From positions 1 to 59,311 of the forward strand of contig CAIKBD010000150.1 in NCBI GenBank assembly GCA_903825565.1: 59,311 nucleotides of DNA, in the 5' to 3' direction. This document shows, in pieces, positions 53,819-59,311 of this stretch. A program made the translations under genes and the position numbers. The notes beneath the pieces were generated by a model, which saw nothing but the letters and a program-made list of their open reading frames with translations, made no database searches and was not told the origin of the DNA. Position 1 is the first letter of the stretch. Each line of letters begins with the position of its first letter. The DNA comes from an uncultured Anaerolineales bacterium (lineage in GTDB: Bacteria > Chloroflexota > Anaerolineae > UBA4142).

Positions 53819-54973
53819 TCAAGCCAAACTCTCGCAACACCGCGCGACGATGCGCGCATACGCGTGCGCGCCCGAAACGAGTTGCGCGATTGCGATCCAT
53901 TCGTCAACTATGTGCGCTTGCTCGATTGAGCCAGGTCCGAAAATAAACGAGGGGATGCCGCGCGCGGCGCTGACCGAGGCGTTGGTGCCAAAGGGCGCGG
54001 CGAATGTTTTAGCCGCCAAACCGCAGTCGCTCAACGCCGCAAGAATCTTGGCTTGCCAATCGCTATTGACGCTCGCACGCCAACCCAGAATGAAATCGGG
54101 CATCGTGAGCCGCTTGCCGGTGTAGCACAGTTGGACAAGTTGATCGAATTGGAGCGAAACCCCCGTCAGCCCGGCAAGTGCATTTTGCAACTGCCCCAAA
54201 ATTTCCTCTGCTGTTTTTCCCGGCAAGCTTCGATTCACAAAGCGCGCTTGGCAACCGGCGGGGACAAAGCCGGCGCCTGGGATCGGCGTGGAAATGATTT
54301 CGGTCAGTTCGAGAATCTCGCGCCCCAGTTCCGGATCGCTCGGCAAGGCAAGCGCGCGCAAACGCCGCGTGGCTTCCATCATTTTGTACACGGCATTGTC
54401 GCCCAATTCCGGGCGCGCGGTATGCGCGCTTTTGCCGCGCGCCTCCACGACGATGCCGGCGCGCCCTTTCTGCGCGATCCCCAGTTTCAACTCTGTCGGC
54501 TCACCAATGACGACCACCGCCGGCGCGTACCGATCCAGGATATGGGCGATTGCCGCACCGGTCAACGTTTCCTCACACACGGACGCCGAGACGATGATTT
54601 GGCCGGCGATGGATTCACGCGCCACGCGTGCCGCGCCGCAAATCATCGCGGCGAGTACGCCCTTGTCATCGCACGCGCCGCGTCCCCAAACCCTGTCCCC
54701 AGCAATCTCGCCGGCGAATGGCGCGGGTTGCCATTCATTCGCATCCGGCACGGCGACCACATCGAGATGCGCGTCGAGCAAAAGCGTTTTGCCCGGCGTC
54801 GCGCCAGTGAGCACGCCCAGGACGCTGCCGTATTCGTCAATGGAAACGGAATCATAACCGAGGGCACGCATCGCGCGCGCCGCCACAGCGGCGGCGGGTT
54901 GCTCCGCGCCGGAAAAACTGGGCGCGCGGATGAGCGCTTGGCAGAGAGAAATGACAGCGGCGGAATCGTTCAT
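53819..54973 (-). CDS. M20 family metallopeptidase (ArgE/DapE/YgeY-like)
   Basis: LLLDAHLDVV, GRGACDDKG and CEETL motifs. I chose ATG 54973; a TTG at 54988 is the alternative. Confidence 0.85.
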   Translation of the reverse strand: MNDSAAVISLCQALIRAPSFSGAEQPAAAVAARAMRALGYDSVSIDEYGSVLGVLTGATPGKTLLLDAHLDVVAVPDANEWQPAPFAGEIAGDRVWGRGACDDKGVLAAMICGAARVARESIAGQIIVSASVCEETLTGAAIAHILDRYAPAVVVIGEPTELKLGIAQKGRAGIVVEARGKSAHTARPELGDNAVYKMMEATRRLRALALPSDPELGREILELTEIISTPIPGAGFVPAGCQARFVNRSLPGKTAEEILGQLQNALAGLTGVSLQFDQLVQLCYTGKRLTMPDFILGWRASVNSDWQAKILAALSDCGLAAKTFAAPFGTNASVSAARGIPSFIFGPGSIEQAHIVDEWIAIAQLVSGAHAYARIVARCCESLA

Positions 54974-54996
54974 AAGCGGACGACGCAAGCCAAACG

Positions 54997-55025
54997 CCGG
55001 AGGAGGAGGTCTGCCTCCGGTTTTT
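54997..55025. terminator. Hairpin between the ABC permease gene and the M20 gene
   Basis: CCGGAGG / CCTCCGG with a 10-nt loop. TTTTT follows on the plus strand and a weaker U-tract follows on the minus strand. Confidence 0.4.
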
Positions 55026-55033
55026 GGTTCGCG

Positions 55034-55924
55034 TCAAAGATTTTTCAAGCGAGGATCAAGCACATCGCGCAAGCCATCGCCGAGAAGATTGAATCCCAGA
55101 ACGGTGAATGAAATTGCCGCGCCGGGAAAGATGACGACGTGCGGGTACGCTTCCATATATTTGCGCCCATCGTTCAACATGACGCCCCAGGATGCGGCGG
55201 GCGGTGGCACGCCCAGCCCCAAGAAACTGAGCGATGCTTCGACGACGATGGCGGTTGCAAAGTACGTGGTCGTGACGACGATGAGCGGCGCAAGCGTGTT
55301 CGGCAAAATGTGGCGAAATAAAATCGCCCACGGATTGACGCCGATGCACTGCGCGGCTTGGACATATTCTTTTTCGCGTTCCGCCAACACCGAGCCGCGC
55401 ACGGTGCGCGCAAAAATCGGAATCCGCACGATGGCAACGGCGGTCATCACGGTGACAAGACTCGCGCCGAATGCGGCAACCAGAACGAGCGCGAGTAAAA
55501 TGGCGGGGAAGGCATAGATGGCATCCATCAAGCCCATGATTGTCGTATCCACGCGCTTGCCGATGTACCCCGCCGCCGCGCCCGCAATCAATCCGACGAT
55601 TGTGCCGAGCGCCACGGCGACCACTCCCACTTGCAACGAAATTTGCGCGCCGAACAAGACGCGCGAAAAAATATCGCGCCCCAGGTGGTCGGTGCCCATC
55701 AGGTGTTCGGCGGTCGGCGGTTTGAGCCGTTGCGCGATGTTGAGTTGCAGTGGATCATACGGCGCGATGAACGGGGCAAACAGCGCCGTGAGCACGACGA
55801 TGCTGGTAATGATCATGCCGCCGAGCGCCAGACGATTCCGCAACAGGCGCAAGGGCAAATCCCAAATGCCGCGTTCTTTGCGCAGTGTTAAATGGTTTGC
55901 GGATTTTGATTTAGACAAGGACAT
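55034..55924 (-). CDS. ABC transporter permease, DppC/OppC-type
   Basis: Six TM helices and the EAA-like loop (EYVQAAQCIGVNPWAILFRHILPN). Confidence 0.9.
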   Translation of the reverse strand: MSLSKSKSANHLTLRKERGIWDLPLRLLRNRLALGGMIITSIVVLTALFAPFIAPYDPLQLNIAQRLKPPTAEHLMGTDHLGRDIFSRVLFGAQISLQVGVVAVALGTIVGLIAGAAAGYIGKRVDTTIMGLMDAIYAFPAILLALVLVAAFGASLVTVMTAVAIVRIPIFARTVRGSVLAEREKEYVQAAQCIGVNPWAILFRHILPNTLAPLIVVTTTYFATAIVVEASLSFLGLGVPPPAASWGVMLNDGRKYMEAYPHVVIFPGAAISFTVLGFNLLGDGLRDVLDPRLKNL

Positions 55925-55940
55925 TTTTGTCGCGAATAAA

Positions 55941-55995
55941 CAGTGAGACAGTGGGACAGTGAACGGTTCGCCCGTTCACTGTCCCCTGTCCACTG
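55941..55995. repeat. Heptamer-built (GGACAGT-like) long hairpin between the SBP and permease genes
   Basis: Arms are CAGTGAGACAGTGGGACAGTGAACGG and CCGTTCACTGTCCCCTGTCCACTG. The apical 14 bp are perfect; the full stem is ~24 bp with one mismatch and one bulge. Confidence 0.7.
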
Positions 55996-55999
55996 ACCA

Positions 56000-57715
56000 C
56001 TATTTATCGAGCCAGGTTACGTTCAAACCATCGCTGGCGTCCATCATCATCAACGCGGGCGAGGTGCCGGACTTGTAACCCTTAACCGAGTTGCGCCAGG
56101 CTTCCGACCACGGCAAGCCGGCGACATAGATCGTCGCGGCATCGTCTTGGACGAGTTGCACCACCTGCTTGTAGATTTCCTTGCGCTTGTTCACGTCCGC
56201 TTCGGCGCGGCCCTTGGCAAGCAAATCCGCCATCTGCGGCGAATCGTATCCGCCGACCAGCCAGTTCGAGCCGCTCGCTTTTTCGAGATAGCCGTACGGA
56301 CGGTCGGGATCGAAGATGCCGGTCATGGTGCCGATCAAGATGTCGTAATCATACGCCGCGCCCTGTTTGTTCCACGCGGCGGAATCCACCACGTTGAATT
56401 CGACGGTGAAACCGATTTGGCTCAACATCGCTTGCAACAATTCGGTGCGATCCTTTTGATTCGCCATCAACATCGCTTTGACTTTGGTGCCTTGCGGCAA
56501 GCCCGATGCTTTGAAATAATCTTTGGCTTTGGCGAGATCGGTCTTGACCATAGGCACGTCGAGATACCAGCCATCGGTTTTGGCGAAAGGTTGATTGTGC
56601 ACCTGCCCCAACCCGAAGAAAATGGCATCATTGTACATCGCGCGATCAAACACGTACTCGACGGCGAGGCGCGCGTTCTTGTTCGAGAACGGCTCGCGCT
56701 TGGTGTTCATTACAAAGCGTTCGCCCGAGTTGATGTAATACACATTCGTCGTGAAATTGGCGTCTTGCTTCTCGGTCAATTTCTTGACATCGGCGTAGGG
56801 CAGTTCTTCGGTCATGTCCACATCGCCGGTGCGAATGGCATTCAGGCGCGCATTCGGATCGGTGATGACTTTGAGGACGACGCCATTCAGATACGGCTCG
56901 CCTTTTTTCCAATAGTCGGGGAATTTCTTGAGCGTATACGAATCGCCGGGCTTGGACGTGTCCATCATAAAGGGTCCGGTGCCGATGATCTTGGTGACCG
57001 TGCCGTCGGCGTTGTACGAATCCTTGTGGATGATTGCCGAGCGATTGAGCAACGCGAGATAGTTGAGGAAGGGGCCACTGGCGCTGGCGATGGTAAACTT
57101 GATGGTGGACGGATCGACGATTTCGGTTTTCAAGCCGATGCCCGCGTACGTGCCGCGCATCAATGTGCCGGCTTTTTCGTCGAGGATGCGATCAAAGATC
57201 CATTTGACATCGGCGGAGGTCATTTCTTGACCGTTGTGGAACTTGACGCCCTTACGCAAATTGAACGTCCACACTTTGCCGTCGTCGGTCTTCCAACTTT
57301 CGGCGAGGACGCCGACGAATTTGCCGCTCCGATCCGGCGCGACAAGTTGTTGTGCGACCAGAATGCTCAAGCGAATATCGCCGTACTGATTTGCCTTGAG
57401 CGGGTCCATTGAAGTGACATCTTCTTTCATCGCGAAGGTGAGCGTGCCGCCCATCTTGGGTGTGCCGGCGGCGGGCGCGGCGGCTTTGGTTGGCTCGGGC
57501 GCTTTGGTCGGTTCCGGCGCTTTGGTTGCGGCGGGGGCAGTTGTGGCGGCAGGCGCGCTCGTTGGAGCGGGCGCTTTGGTCGGTTCAGCCGCCGGCGCTT
57601 TGGTGGGCTCCGGCGCTTTGGTCGGCGGCACCGCTGTGGGTGCAGCGGTGGGCGCGGCACACGCGGCGATGAGTACCATCACCAACACAAGCGCAAGAAC
57701 TAGGGTTTGTTTCAT
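56000..57715 (-). CDS. ABC transporter substrate-binding lipoprotein, family 5 (peptide/nickel)
   Basis: Lipobox (VLIAAC) and a (K)APEPTKAP repeat linker. The SBP_bac_5 core includes LTFAMKEDVTSMDP and GTGPFM. Confidence 0.9.
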   Translation of the reverse strand: MKQTLVLALVLVMVLIAACAAPTAAPTAVPPTKAPEPTKAPAAEPTKAPAPTSAPAATTAPAATKAPEPTKAPEPTKAAAPAAGTPKMGGTLTFAMKEDVTSMDPLKANQYGDIRLSILVAQQLVAPDRSGKFVGVLAESWKTDDGKVWTFNLRKGVKFHNGQEMTSADVKWIFDRILDEKAGTLMRGTYAGIGLKTEIVDPSTIKFTIASASGPFLNYLALLNRSAIIHKDSYNADGTVTKIIGTGPFMMDTSKPGDSYTLKKFPDYWKKGEPYLNGVVLKVITDPNARLNAIRTGDVDMTEELPYADVKKLTEKQDANFTTNVYYINSGERFVMNTKREPFSNKNARLAVEYVFDRAMYNDAIFFGLGQVHNQPFAKTDGWYLDVPMVKTDLAKAKDYFKASGLPQGTKVKAMLMANQKDRTELLQAMLSQIGFTVEFNVVDSAAWNKQGAAYDYDILIGTMTGIFDPDRPYGYLEKASGSNWLVGGYDSPQMADLLAKGRAEADVNKRKEIYKQVVQLVQDDAATIYVAGLPWSEAWRNSVKGYKSGTSPALMMMDASDGLNVTWLDK

Positions 57716-57760
57716 ACTTTCTCCTCCTAGAATATTTAGCGGGCAAATCTCGAATTTGCC

Positions 57761-58708
57761 TTACCCTAAGCGAATCCTGGGATCAAGAATCGTATAGACG
57801 ACATCCACAGCCAGGTTCACCGCGACGACCAGCACGGCGATGATCAGGATCACGCCTTGCACGACCGGATAATCGCGGCCGAAAATGCTATCCACGACGA
57901 GCAAGCCGATGCCGGGCCACGCAAATACCGTTTCGACAACGACCGCACCGCCGATCAAAAAGCCCAGTTGCAAGCCGATCATCGTGACGGTGGGAATGAG
58001 CGCGTTCCGCAAGGCGTGCCCGATCAGCACCACTTGTTCCGCCAAGCCCTTGCCGCGCGCGGTTCGCACATAATCTTTGCCCAGTTCTTCGAGCATCGTC
58101 GAACGCGTCAAGCGGCTGGTGGTGCCGGCGAGCGACATGCCCAAAGTGATTGCCGGCAGAATCAGGTGCTGCACCGATTTGCCGAAATCGGTAAACGGTG
58201 AGACGTACCCAATGGACGGTAGCCAACCCAGGTACACCGCAAAGATGAGCGCGAGCATAATGCCCGCCCAAAAATTTGGAATTGAGATGCCAAAGATCGC
58301 CAAACCCATCGCGCCAAAATCGAGCCAGGAATTGCGCTTGATCGCGGCGATCACGCCGAGCGGAATGGCGACGATGAGTGACAAGAGCAGGGCAGCCGCG
58401 GAGAGCCAGAGCGTGGCAGGAAAGCGCTGAGCGATGAGTGCGAGGACGGGCATTTGTGCTTTGTACGAACGCCCCAAATCGCCTGTGATGGCGCGACCCA
58501 GCCAGCGGACATACTGGACGATGATGGATTCATCCAAACCCAGTTCGTGGCTCAATGCGGCACGGCGGGCGGCATCCATGCCTTCACTGCCGTACATCAC
58601 GTCAATCGGATCGCCGGGGACGAGGCGGATGAGCGCAAAGACGATGATTGACATGAGCAAGAGAATCGGCAAGAGAGCGAATGCGCGGCGAATGAGATAA
58701 GCAGTCAT
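57761..58708 (-). CDS. ABC transporter permease, DppB/OppB-type
   Basis: MTAYLIRRAFALLPILL...IRLVPGDP is the typical N-terminus. The EAA loop is DYVRTARGKGLAEQVVLIGHALRNA. Confidence 0.9.
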   Translation of the reverse strand: MTAYLIRRAFALLPILLLMSIIVFALIRLVPGDPIDVMYGSEGMDAARRAALSHELGLDESIIVQYVRWLGRAITGDLGRSYKAQMPVLALIAQRFPATLWLSAAALLLSLIVAIPLGVIAAIKRNSWLDFGAMGLAIFGISIPNFWAGIMLALIFAVYLGWLPSIGYVSPFTDFGKSVQHLILPAITLGMSLAGTTSRLTRSTMLEELGKDYVRTARGKGLAEQVVLIGHALRNALIPTVTMIGLQLGFLIGGAVVVETVFAWPGIGLLVVDSIFGRDYPVVQGVILIIAVLVVAVNLAVDVVYTILDPRIRLG

Positions 58709-58944
58709 CAGGAGTTGTCCAAATCAAGCGATAAAACAATAACACCTCTGAATCCAATGATCCAAAGGCGCAACACCTCGAAAACTCCGGGCGATTGAAT
58801 GAGTTGGCAATCCAATGCGAACCCTTGATAATTAGATCGTTTGTATTCTATCCCAAAGACGAGGTTACGTCAAAAACACTCTTGTTCCCTATCACGGCCT
58901 TGCGGCTAGTCTAACGATAGGCGCAACGGATCACCTATCCGACG

Positions 58945-59169
58945 TTATGGTGATAAGCATTCAGATTCCCAGGGTTCGTCGGCATTCTCCAACGCGTAGG
59001 TGATCGCTTGTTCAGTCGTCGTTGCGCATCCTTCGGTCCATGCGGCGGCGAAAACAGTTTGACCCAGTTGCTCACGCGCAATAGTCATGTTCTGTTCAAG
59101 ATCGGCGCGGATCATTTGCCAGGGACGTGCGCGCAGAGATTCTGACTCAGACGAGCCGACACCAAACAA
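58945..59169 (-). pseudogene. Possible relic: C-terminal fragment of a larger (TPR/LuxR-associated-type) regulator
   Basis: The 74-aa ORF ends ...REQLGQTVFAAAWTEGCATTTEQAITYAL, which resembles the conserved C-terminal end of large ATPase/TPR regulators. No upstream body is present, and the ORF begins inside an inverted repeat. Confidence 0.25.
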
Positions 59170-59187
59170 GGTTTCGGCTCGTCTGAG
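59146..59187. repeat. 14-bp perfect inverted repeat
   Basis: CTCAGACGAGCCGA-14 nt-TCGGCTCGTCTGAG. It sits at the junction between the fragment ORF and an AT-richer terminal segment. Confidence 0.6.
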
Positions 59188-59311
59188 TTAGGATATTTTG
59201 TAACATATTTATTCGTCTGCTATAATCACCCTGCTGTCCGTATTTCGCCAAACGATTAAATTTCAAAATTCGATGCACACCGTTGGTCTAAAGACAATTC
59301 GATATGAAAAC

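Noticed and set aside
1-59311. Mobile-element genes, prophage genes, rRNA, tRNA and tmRNA
   Set aside because: No transposase, integrase, recombinase or phage structural motifs were seen in any frame. No cloverleaf-like or rRNA-like sequence was noticed in the intergenic regions. A tRNAscan/Infernal run would be the definitive check.

Overview
This is a 59.3 kb, high-GC, densely coding bacterial chromosome segment. I call about 60 protein genes on both strands. I found no rRNA, tRNA, CRISPR array, transposase or integrase.

The gene content suggests a filamentous Chloroflexota-like organism. This is inference only, based on Pro/Thr/Ala-rich linkers in secreted proteins, LCP and RodZ genes, GT-C glycosyltransferases, FGE-domain proteins and tandem-heptamer repeats.

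Housekeeping content:
- dnaX-ybaB-recR operon
- hsp20-lon operon
- rpoD, rimO, nth and coaE
- folate C1 cluster fchA-folD-fhs
- mog
- peptide ABC importer genes
- class-III aminotransferase, tagA and an M20 peptidase

Envelope genes are interleaved with these: two GT-C/PMT-like glycosyltransferases, an FkbM methyltransferase, a LecA-like lectin lipoprotein, an LCP protein, a RodZ-like protein, a PAP2 phosphatase and a CPBP protease.

The best candidate for something new is a minus-strand accessory cluster at about 32.5-39.4 kb. Its parts, in transcription order:
- a PHP phosphoesterase-AlbA_2 (Schlafen-type) fusion, translationally coupled to a secreted LysM/C39-like peptidase
- a small membrane protein and a GNAT
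- a single-pass TIR-TM-FGE(SUMF1) protein
- a 160-nt cluster of five stem-loops
- an orphan MNT-type nucleotidyltransferase with a possible HEPN relic

A second notable item is a NurA-like nuclease without HerA, start/stop-coupled to recR.

The window also carries two intergenic repeat families:
- tandem-heptamer arrays that often begin inside stop codons and often form long hairpins
- a decamer-built palindromic element (GGACGCGGA...TCCGCGTCC) in four copies; one copy is flanked by 26-bp perfect direct repeats, and two copies lie in a tandem duplication that also duplicates a ribosome-binding region

All functional calls come from reading motifs in the translations. No database search was run.
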